A stretch of 63,035 bases of DNA, counting the filler, from Choristocarpus tenellus KU-1152 (Eukaryota > Protista > Phaeophyceae), in the NCBI GenBank assembly GCA_964200185.2. It is 10 parts of 10 records of this genome, joined end to end, with 100 filler letters (N's around TTAATTAATTAA, not from the genome) between each part and the next. Parts side by side here need not be neighbours in the genome. Positions count along the whole stretch, not along the records: positions 44,098 to 55,543 come from CAXNAD020002311.1; positions 55,644 to 59,642 come from CAXNAD020016734.1; positions 59,743 to 63,035 come from CAXNAD020020984.1; 7 more parts are not named here. One strand, written 5' to 3'. Shown piece by piece: positions 52,374-63,035 of the stretch. The first letter of the stretch is position 1. Each line of letters opens with the position of its first letter. A program made the translations under genes and the position numbers. The notes beneath the pieces were generated by a model. It did no database searches, had not been told where the DNA came from, and saw only the letters and a list, made by a program, of their open reading frames with translations.

Positions 52374-55300
52374 CTACTGTTTTGCTGAGAAATGGACAAC
52401 CCATATGTGGACGGACGGGTGGACGGATCGATGTGTCCAACATCTATCTATGCTCTTAGTACTGTATGGTTCCAAGAACTGTTCCCATAGGTGGGTTTGA
52501 ATCCCACAACACTACACTTCTTTTCAAGGAAAAATGGTTTCCGTTATCTATAGATCGAATTTCACCATCGCAACACATGTTGTACACCTGTACTCTTCTA
52601 TCTGTCTCTATAACACAAGTACACGTCCAACCGAGCGAGGAGAAGGTGGCAGGGTTCATCATTACGGACCGACGTCCAGCCAGGTCCAACACAAGATTTG
52701 AGGGAGGAAACCCACCAACGAGAGGGGGGACAAGGTTGAACCCAACTCGCGAGAAAGGAGCACGGACAGAGGCAGCACATTTTTTTTCGTAGTGCAACAG
52801 TTTGTTAAGCAGTATCAGGAGATGTAGTGCAGTGTGTGGTGCCTCTGACCAAGGGTTGGGATAGCCCTCACACTAGAGTGAAGGCAATAATAATAATACC
52901 ACACATACAGACCATCATTATTCACATCTGAGTGGGTGAACACTCCTACCATCGCAACTACCCTCTTAAAATATTGCTTGTCCTCCCTATGTATTTGCTA
53001 CTTCAAAGTAAAATTAAGTCTAATCCTCGCTCGCCATGTTCACAACACCCTCACATTCCGCTGATGATACGTGTTATTGTTGAGAGTAGAGAAAACGTTA
53101 CCACCTGCATCTTTAAGGTCTCTTGGCACACTGGCAAAGAACGTTCCCTCCCTAATGGGTAGTCCCGCCAAGGAAAACGCATAAAGAACCCTTCTCAAGG
53201 TGTACTTGGTATAAATGAGTCCATTTGGCAAGGTAGAGAAAGATGAAGTGCTAATGTTTATTTATTTTGTGTGGAAATTATTGAAGAAATCAATAAAGGT
53301 TCTTAGACTGTAGAGAGGTACATGTTTTGGACATAGAATAGACTAGTAAAATGGTGGTAAGTAGTAGTGATAAGACTGAGGTGGTCAGAGGTGTAGAAAT
53401 TTAGCATGACTATTTCTTCACTTTACTCCCCGAACCCAACCTGTGTTTGAAGGTGCTATCTACACGCTGCACTACTTTTTAGACTAACTGCTGTAACTAT
53501 CTGTTGCACTACAACGAAGACTTGTATTACTATCGTCTCCATTCTTGCCCTGCTTCTCACACTTTCGGTTCACCCATCCCACTTCCTCAAATCTTACGCT
53601 GAACCCACCTCGGTGTTGCTTGGTAATTAAGTATTGACAATTCATTCTTACTCAGGCAGTTTTCTACCATACCAACAAATAGGATTCTACAGGCAAGGTA
53701 TACATGAATCCATAGAGCTTGTCACCGCGTGGACTTTGGATAATCGCAATCAGACTTTCTGGAAGGGTGTCTGATGCTAGTGAGGGGTTCAATTCCTTCG
53801 AATTTGTACAAGGAACAGCCCCATTAATCACCAAGTCACAAGTTTCTGAGAGCACTGGTGTAGGCAAAATGTGGACTCAGGCTGGTGCATAATATACCTC
53901 ACCCAGGTTGGACTGTGGGACAACCCAGGTAACGTATCTTTTAAGGGGGTTTGGTCAGGGCGTCAGAGATGACAAGAGGCTGGACCACCGGCCAGCCTGG
54001 TTACCTGCTGGTTGGTCTGGCGTAAGCCCGGACTAATGTTGTGGGCGATGCACACAGATATGCTCACTGCGTCAAGGAACACAGAAAATATGTATTGTAG
54101 CAGGTAGGGATACTTGTATTAAATGAGTAATGGAGCAGGGTATATTTGCATCATTAACCTGGTTAGTTGCACCCTACCATCCATCCATGCCAATATCATA
54201 ATACTGTGAACTTGTTGCTCAGTAAATATGCAATATTTTACGAAGTAGTATCATCCTCGTACGACAGGTGAACTCCACAGGTAGATTCGAGGACTTCCTA
54301 CTACGAGGTGGAAAATAATGTTCTGATATGCATGTACGTAGTGTGATGAAAATATTAATTTATGATAATGATATTTAACTCAATAAATTTGGATGTACTC
54401 GATTATAACCAAAATGTAGACGTGCACACCCATGGATCGGGTTGCACGAAGGACCAAGTATCTTTAGATTCTGCGAATTGAACACGCCTACGCGCGAGAA
54501 AATGGGATGTTACGTGGTTTTAGTATCTTTTAGACCTCTTGTGGATGTACGAGGATATATCAAATAACGATAGTGTGTATACCTCGAAATATGTAGTAGT
54601 GGTAGAGAAATGATGGTGCACTATTAATACTCCAGTACATCCTAGCCTTTCTCACATCACTGCTTCCTGCTCTTATCTTCAAACTCTGTTGGATGTGAGT
54701 TACGTCGTTGAAAGAGGATGATACGTCACATACTTCGAAGCATGAAACAATTAAATTGGTTTAAATAAAATCTGCCGCCACTCACAACACCACAGGTTTA
54801 TCCTGTAACTAACAGTGTATTACTCTCGGCTTCTGAGGCTTGTGATTGCTTCGAGCACCAGCTGCACATCTATAAGGGAGGTTTGAACAGGGCGGTATCC
54901 AGTACGATGGTCATACGTAGAGTACAGCTACGAACAAAGGTGTAATAATTGTTAACACCTTGAAATGATACCACTGGTGGGCACATATTAGTGCAAAGGC
55001 TTGTATAGTTTATGAATGGTATGATTCAAAGCGAACCCATTCTATGAAACAGAGAGTCAAACTGATTGAGAGGTAGGCAGGTTTGAACCCTTTTTATATC
55101 CTAAGCCACCTTTCTTAAACAGTGCAATACACTGTATTTCGTTGCTATATGCGGACAATAGTGTGCGCAAAATTGATATTCCTCCTTTCCGCACATAAAT
55201 TCATACCACAATTAAGCCAAGGCTCTTTCTGCAATTGTACAAAATTGTGTTGTTTTGCCCTTTCTCGGGGTTCTTCAGATACAAACTTGCCTACCTCTCA

Positions 55301-58300
55301 ATTGGTCTGACTCAGAGATACGCAGATATCAACATACAGGAGATGGAAGTGCTACTGCTATGAATATAGAACCAAGTCTGGAGTAAATAGTAATGTTTCC
55401 TTTTTTAAAAGAAGTTTATATATAAACCCTTGCAGCAACCTTACGATGAACAACAATGTAAATGCTGTCGATGATGTGCTGAATAATGGTTCAAAGTATC
55501 TGGGAGGGGGTGGCGGCTGTCCATTTGGGGTCAATTTTTCCATNNNNNNNNNNNNNNNNNNNNNNNNNNNNNNNNNNNNNNNNNNNNTTAATTAATTAAN
55601 NNNNNNNNNNNNNNNNNNNNNNNNNNNNNNNNNNNNNNNNNNNCGAAACAATTTGGCGTAGCCGGGATTTAACTGCTCCTTTCCTGCAATATCCTCCAGT
55701 TCCTCTCCCCCCTACCATGTGAGTAGCCAGGTCATCCAGGAAGCATTCCTCTTGCTTGCCGACGCGCCCAAAACTTTCACTGCAAAGATGTTTTCATTAA
55801 TTACTACACACTATTTCCATTTCAATATATATCAGTCTATGTTTGGAGGAGGTTTGAATAAGTCTCGATCTGCAACTACTACCATTATGATATTGTACTA
55901 ATTCTTCTTCTTGACAACCTAAGAAACGCCTCTATATTTACTGGTATGTTGCAGTTGCGACCATTGGAAATGTATGCTTTGGAGTATAATGCAAAAAATG
56001 AGCATAAATAGAGGAGTGGCAATTTCGTCGTATCATGCATGTTTCGTAAGAAGAGGATTTAATAGAATACTAGCACACCTCTCTTACTGAAGAAAAACTG
56101 GAGGATCCCTATCAACCTATGGGCATGATACTTGTTATCTGGAAATTTAAATGCCCATTTGAATATCACTAAACTCAAACACTTGCACAACAAATCAATG
56201 GACTAAAGGGGACTCAAAAGGCAACTTCATCAATGGTGTTACCACCACTTACTGCTGCACAAAAAACACACTGCACAGTCAATCACAAACTCAACACAAG
56301 CCAGCAAACCCGCATCAACTATTAACTATGTATTTTGTAATGACTGTAAGACTGCGAAAGAGTAACAGTCATCCTCATCCGTTTTGAGAGCGGTGTACAA
56401 GGTGCCTGAGTGTTGTCAAGGCACAAATGGGTACAACGGTCCTCAAGATTCGTGGCTTAGCAACCCCGGTACGATGCATTTATTACATCATCTGTGTGGC
56501 ATTACAATGCCCGTCACTGTGAGGACGGTGCAAAGGAGGGGATGATTCTGCACAACAATATGGACAGAATCGCCTGGACCGTCAGGCTGAACATACATGG
56601 GAATGTTGCATCACGGGGTGTTTCCCTGGCGATCAGACTCAAGAATCAGATGTGGTGGGTTCTTCCTCCCAGCAGCAGCAATCTATGTGTAAACGTTGGT
56701 TCTCTTGCTAGAAGTATTTGTCGCTGCTGCTGGCGGAGGGGTCTAATCTTCGAGTTTGGTCAGTCACCCCCACATTTGAATTGACCAGGGTTGCCAATGT
56801 CGGCAAGGTTCGCTTGCAGGCAAGGGTGGTAAAGAGAATCGGGGCAAAGATGAACCAGACGGACCAAGATGAACTGGAACCAAGAGGACAAGGTAAGGTT
56901 GGACAAGGACGCATGAAGAGTGGAGTGGATAACGATTTAGACAGGGGGGCGTCAAAACAACCCCTGAGTGATTGGTCGTTCTAAGCATTCTTCACCTTGA
57001 TTCTCCCCAGTGTTTCAGGGTTCTTGGAGAAGGCCCCAAACGATATGGTGGTGGATAGTAAAGCAATGAACAGCATGATCGGACAACCCTCCTATACACA
57101 TCTCTGCTCTTCAATACCTCCCTCTGTTATTTTTTATTTCTGTTGAGAATGACATCAACAATGTACAAAGTACCACACATTGGACATCGTAAAAACAGAA
57201 CCTTGGCGTTCTAGTGTTATGCACGACAAAGCATCTTCTGGACAACAGACAGACTATGCTCATCCTATTGACTGAAGTATTTGCCCAACAATGGAAGTAA
57301 TAGAGAATATGGATCCAAGCATTGCCCACAACAAAGGACTTACTAGAGCAAACAAACAACTGGACGATGAACGCCATTATCAAAGTACAGCAAACCTGTA
57401 CTTCTCCTGTTCTACTTCCAAATCTCTTCTCCATTTCTTGCTTCCTCTCCTTTTATACCACCAATAAGATAATGAGTGATAGAAATACCCTGCCACAGAA
57501 GCGGGCTGCTTTGCAGAGCAGGAAGTGAGCAAAGAGAAACAAACATTGCTCTGGACAGCAGGCAATACAGAACAAATGAACTCCGACATTGTATCAACAA
57601 CAGAGACTAGATCAAAACGACCCTGAAGTTGTAAAGCATAACGGGTCTCCGGATAGGACCGAACATTCCAGGGTGGTGCTACTGTAGTGTTGACCATTAC
57701 GTTGTCGACGCACGCAAAGCGCAGAACAAAAACGTCCATTACTTTGAAAAATCACTAAGCTTGGGGGCAGAGATTGCAGGGTAGGGAATGTGATACGAAA
57801 AAGCAACAGTTGCACCAATAGAATCAATCAACATTTGTGGTATGTCACGTTTGAAAGTGTTGCTAATAGTAGCAATTAAATCCCTACCAATGTACACGGT
57901 CGACGTAACACCACCCTACTAGTTGAAGATCAACAAAATATTGAAATAGAAGGGGCTTATTGAGTTGGTAATTTGTAGTGACAAGGTGTACTCTGCTTAA
58001 CTCTATTGCAGCTGTAGGTGCTTGGAGCACACTACTTTTCATGTGCTGCACACACATTCAACAATTCTAAGCACTCCAAGTACATTGATAGTGCTTTTGC
58101 GTCTATCTAATTATTCTCACCAAAGTTTACAACTCACAACACTACACAATTGGGCTCTTGCGCTTACATTGGCCCTGCAACATCCCAAAATTTACCTATC
58201 TTGGCACTACCAATAGTCGGAAAGTGTTACATACAATGTACACTTTGATGTGTCTTGGGTGTAGGGTCAACAGACAGTACAAGCACCTTCAAGAAATAAC

Positions 58301-58807
58301 ATGTGCACACCTCTAGAGTAGTACCAGGAAGAGTCTACTAAAATAGAGCCTGAGGAATATCATGGTAACAAACCTACTACCCTCAGATAGAGCACCTGGA
58401 AGTAAAAACATATGGAGCTCACTCTCTATTCTTGGATATTGCTTCTATAATGGTGGGAGAATTGAAGGAAAATAAAACTCCAATGTGCTATCTCCTTGGA
58501 CATTGCTCCCATCATGTTGTAACAAGTGTCCTTTCCATTGAATGCCTGCTCAAGGCTCCGCAGTACCTCCCTGGTCCACTGAATGCATTTTCAAGCACCA
58601 CTCCCTCTTCATTGAGGAGCATCAGCAATACAGCAATCCAGTCAACAAAATACCGTCAAGCCGTACTGCTTCATTGAGAGACACACAAGAACACCGCTTG
58701 CTCTCACTGTCCAATCTCAACCCTGGAGCAGTCTCACCTCATCCTCTAGACAGCTAAAAACAACACAACAGCATAGTGCTGCAGACCCTCCCCTTCCTCC
58801 TTTTCCA

Positions 58808-59552
58808 TCAAGGGTCGCGACTCGTGAGACCTTCGCTTGTATCTATTCCCAGAGCATTGCTTCCCACAGAAGTTTCATTCCGACCCTCCCTAGCCCTTGG
58901 ATCGTGGAAGGGAAGTGAGCACTCTCCAGACGAAAGGACAGGCATGTGATGAATCAGCGATTCATTCTCATGTACACGTGCAGATGCAGACGCCTCCTCG
59001 AGTAAGTCCTCTTTCCACCATGGCATACGCCTTAATACCTTCATCATGTCCTCAGGCGGCAGACACCCCACCTCCAGTCCTCTCCAGGCAAGGCCCATCC
59101 CATTACCTCGCATAGAGGTTTCTCCCCCCCTAGACACCTTTCTATCAATACCTGCACCTTCCAACCTCCCTTCTCTTGCAGTCCCTACCTCAGCCTCCGC
59201 AAGTCCTCCCCCCCTCCCACCACCTTCAGTGTCAGTGCTGCGTTTCCAAACGCCTGGTTCAGGCATATCCATGTTGGCATCGGCCTCCTTTGTTGTTGAC
59301 GAGAATGAACCTGAAGCTGGTGCAGATGACGGCGCAGGAGTTCCACAAGGTGGGGGCAAGGGCAGGATCTGGTCATCCCATCCCTCCTCTCCATCCTTGG
59401 GAAGGTGTATGCTCAGGCAGTGGAGCATAAGGCGTCCGCTGGGCGCCCCGTGGTCTTTGCAGAAAGCCCTATTGAAAGTGTTGTCCCCATGCTTTGCATC
59501 TCCTATAACGGGGTGACTGAGGCCGTGCAGGTGTCGCCGTATTTGGTGAAAG
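58808..59552 (-). CDS. RluA/TruC-family RNA pseudouridine synthase, last exon
   Basis: HQIRRHLHGLSHPVIGDAKHGDNTFNR...RLMLHCLSIHLP, preceded by a pyrimidine tract and AG. Confidence 0.88.
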
Positions 59553-60994
59553 CTGGGGGGGGGGGGGGAAGGGGTTAAAGCGTGGGGGGGGGGGAAAAAG
59601 GGAGGGGGGGGGGGGGGGGGGGCCAAGGGGCTTTGGGAAAAANNNNNNNNNNNNNNNNNNNNNNNNNNNNNNNNNNNNNNNNNNNNTTAATTAATTAANN
59701 NNNNNNNNNNNNNNNNNNNNNNNNNNNNNNNNNNNNNNNNNNGACCTGCACGGACTCCAGCAGGGAGCAATACTCCCGACCAGTGTTTCATGCGCCTCTG
59801 CAAGACTAAAAGCTGAGACGGGGACCCCTCAGGCTTACTCCTACTGATCGAGCTCATCACTGCAGCTGCTGTCATCAACATGGATACCACCTGCGCCATC
59901 TTCCAAACTGTCCCCCTGTCCCCACCTCACCACCACTCGATGCCCCCACCAGACCACCAATCACGACCAAGCACCACTCCAGTACAAGATCCGCAACCAA
60001 CCAAACTCACCTCCTTTATAGTCGACATCAACACAAACAATAGGGCAACCCCACCAGAAATTAAACACTCTGCCAGTAGAAGAAACAAACCCCGCATCTC
60101 CCTTCACTCATGATTACATTTCACAAGAGCATCCCATTCCATTCGTATATCAAAAACTATACCTTCGAGATATTGTGGAACCCGAATTCTTCAAGTGACC
60201 TCAGTGCCACCGCACTCTTGGCTGAACTGCAAAAGTACAAGGTCGCCAAAGGTACGCATACACCGGAAGCCATTACTGATGTTATACCTTTGCCATTTTT
60301 ACATCGAGATTAGGGCATCATTGATGCAGACTGGACCACTTGTCATGAGCAGCCTTGGTATTAGTTTCAGAATGGACACAGGGATTGTGCAATATAGGTT
60401 GATAATCTATATGCGTTATAGGTGTTTAGTGACCACTCCTAGACAACAGAATGTTGACTAATTGAAATAATTGTCATTGACATGCTTTCGTGTGCTTAGA
60501 GTAGTAGGTTTGAATATCGGATGATTGATTTCTTATTACTTGATATAAGTGGATCGACGGGAGATTATTGACGTAGTACTAATCACACACGAAAAATGAC
60601 ATAGTACGACCAACAGCAGGACACATTTTTGATGTGTCTGCTGACGTGTGCAATAAGATAATAAGAGAGAGCACCCCCCACCACCGAGGGCTGTGCTCAC
60701 TCCGCTAATAAATAAATCCATACCACATGAAGCAAAGATTATATTGGAATAGCTTTCGTTTGCATAGGGATGATATTTCTCGAAAAACTGTGAAGACTTG
60801 GAGAAACTTTAAGACTGCATCACTCAGCATAACAAACTTGATGAGGCAGTCTTCATAAAGGCAATTCTTGGGGCACCTACCATCCTGATTGCAGGAGATA
60901 AAACCCTACACATTGGGGACAAGCGTTCCCTATTTTTGTCCTTTGGCGAGTCAGAGGTAGACTGCCTGTGAAGGCAACTCTTCAAGGTAAATAG

Positions 60995-61023
60995 GAGCTA
61001 AAGTATCTTAGAGGGTAGAGCCG
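60995..61023 (-). mobile_element. Isolated MITE terminus
   Basis: GAGCTAAAGTATCTTAGAGGGTAGAGCCG directly abutting the truncated Copia RT. Confidence 0.8.
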
Positions 61024-62105
61024 TTCAAGGAGACACAAAGGTCATTGCAGTCATCATCAGAAACCCAAACCATCATATCATCTACATGAACGGCAAGCAT
61101 CATCGCAGCAATTCCATTCCTCCTGAGTCTAAAAATACATGGGTCAATTAGACACTGCTCAAAGTTGTTACGCTTGAGGGTGAAAACTAATTTAGCATTC
61201 CAAGTTCTAGAGGCTTGTTTAGAACCATATAGAGATCTATGAAGGCGTACAGTGGTGTAGAAGAGATCACCATATCCTTGTCGTAAGCCTATGTATACTT
61301 CCTCATACAGGTCAGATTGAACAAACGCCTGCTCCACATCTAGGTGCCACAATCTCAAGTCTAACCCACATGCCATACTGGCCATCAGCCTAACTGATGA
61401 GGGGGAAGGAGTGGGTGCAGAGGCCTCGAAATAATCAAGACCATACTCCTGGCCAGAACCCTGAGTAAGTAGCCTAGCCTCTTAGCCCCATTAAACATTC
61501 CAAAAAGGGTCACTCTTCCACTTGAACACCCACTTGGAACCAATGGGCTTACGACCTAGAGGTACATCCGCAACACTGAAGGTACCTGTGTCAAACAAAA
61601 CATCGAACTATTTAGACATGACCTCTTCCCATGCGGCCCAGTATTCAGGCTTTTGAGCGTCAACATAAGACTGTGGGGCTGGTCCCAATTCAGAAACAAG
61701 ACGACCATGCAGGGGGATAATTATCAATACTGACTCAGGTGTCGGCTGTACAGAGAAGGTATAAGCAACATGGTTTCTGTCTACACTAGCTATGAGAGAC
61801 ATCACATCCCCAGCACCTGCACTCCTTTCAACCCTGGCACGCATTTCTTGTCTAGTCCTACCCAGCTCAACGCGAGGTCCATGAACTGGATCGAGAAGAA
61901 AAACTTCCAACTGGCGAGCTGTGATATGGGCAGCTGTGGTAACGCTTGCCTGAGGCAAACTCTGCGGACTCGAGGATGAGACATGTCCTACACTCCCTTC
62001 ACCATCTCGGGTAGTGTCTCTGGACAGAATCATGTCGACCTGACCTTCCTCCCCATCACCAGGGGGAGGGTCAACAGCCAGATCCTTGACAATCTGACCT
62101 ACACT

Positions 62106-62747
62106 TGTTGAAATATTCCACACTGGTCCCGCGGTTAAGATGATCAATCGTGTGCATTGGTAGAGAGGACAATAAGTAGCTTGGTGTGAATATATAATGT
62201 TAGTCTTACATGGGGCTTGTGGTCTCAATTTCACTGACTGAACTTGTGGGGCTCACAAATGATGGCACCCATTACTATTCCTATAGTGCGGGGTTGCAAT
62301 CGTCCACACAAATTACTATGAAATTCTTGTTTACTTGTCTTCGGTGTAACAAGCGTATCTAGAAAGACAAAGTATCTCAGAGGGTAGAGCCGCGTCCATT
62401 TGGGGTCAAAATCTAATGTTGCGATTCTGATGTAATTTTGGCTATCGTGCATGTTAGGAAGTGTCAATATCCATGTTCTTGACACTCTTTTCATATCAAA
62501 TACACTTCACCTACTCCTAAACATCTTAGGGTAGGAAAATGTCATAAAAGAACCCATGGGAAGCCAAGCCCCAAATGGACAAACAGGACAAAACTCGTAC
62601 CCTCTAAGATACTTTCACTCAAAACATGACACAAATCAATGGGCACTAGTGAGTCAATACATATGTTAAATCTATCACTGGCTCTCCATCCTATTATCTA
62701 CTTCACTGGTGGTGTCTATAGTGCATCAGCAGCACTATTCACGAACA
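62106..62747 (-). mobile_element. Solo LTR with perfect 5-bp TSD ACACT
   Basis: ACACT|TGTTGAAATA ... CACGAACA|ACACT; TG...CA ends; homologous to 40654-41015. Confidence 0.9.
62364..62620 (-). mobile_element. Full-length MITE copy inside the solo LTR
   Basis: AAGACAAAGTATCTCAGAGGGTAGAGCCGCG ... TACCCTCTAAGATACTTTCACTC; flanks AGA/AAA. Confidence 0.94.
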
Positions 62748-63035
62748 ACACTCCCTTCACCAAGAGGAGGATCACTAGTCAAACTGTCTCATTTGTTGCC
62801 AAAGGATGACCTTTCACCTAGTACAATCCTGTCCTCACTTCCATCACACTTACGAGAAGAGTCATCAGAGAAGGATGCAGTGGAGGAGCGAGGTGAACAA
62901 ACAGATTGTACATCTAATGGTGGGTCACCTGCTTCAGGATGGGAGAGCTCGTCCTCAGAACGACGGCCTGCATCGACCCCCCCCCCCCCCCCCACCCCCC
63001 CCCCCCCCCCCCCCCCCCACACCCCCCACACACAC

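Larger units (their letters stand above)
61024..62975 (-). mobile_element. Copia/Ty1 pol remnant (integrase-RT spacer and RT), interrupted by a solo LTR
   Basis: KPIGSKWVFKWK, LDVEQAFVQSDL, RSLYGSKQASRTWN, DPCIF, AVHVDDM. The spacer frame rejoins as PPLGEGSVGQIV after removing the LTR. Confidence 0.9.

Noticed and set aside
62640-62747. Second copy of the Harbinger transposase 5' end (matches 40654-40750)
   Set aside because: The shared sequence belongs to the LTR bounded by the ACACT TSD. The apparent N-terminus MVSIVYQQHYL of ORF 40453-40692 is LTR-derived.

Overview
Eukaryotic DNA, most likely a brown alga or close stramenopile relative (inference from RTE, Copia and Gypsy remnants resembling Ectocarpus-type elements, GT-AG introns and TTAGGG-type repeats). 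The window is not one locus. It is 10 unrelated contigs joined by artificial 100-bp linkers (N44-TTAATTAATTAA-N44). Recognisable host genes are intron-containing and mostly partial: a soluble (ADCY10-like) adenylate cyclase, a PI-phospholipase C, a tropinone-reductase-like SDR, a complete cwf18/CCDC12 splicing factor with a probable GC-AG last intron, and an RluA/TruC-type pseudouridine synthase. Much of the rest is decayed transposons. The most striking structure is a ~255-bp MITE (TIR GAGTSAAAGTATCTTAGAGGGTA, internal hairpin) present in about 10 copies or fragments, almost all inside other transposons. Six copies lie in one ~9-kb nest (31.7-40.7 kb). Removing the MITEs, a chromodomain Gypsy and a Copia-type LTR from that nest reconstructs a two-gene PIF/Harbinger element with convergent Myb/SANT-like and transposase genes. 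All family assignments are from remembered motifs; no database searches were run.
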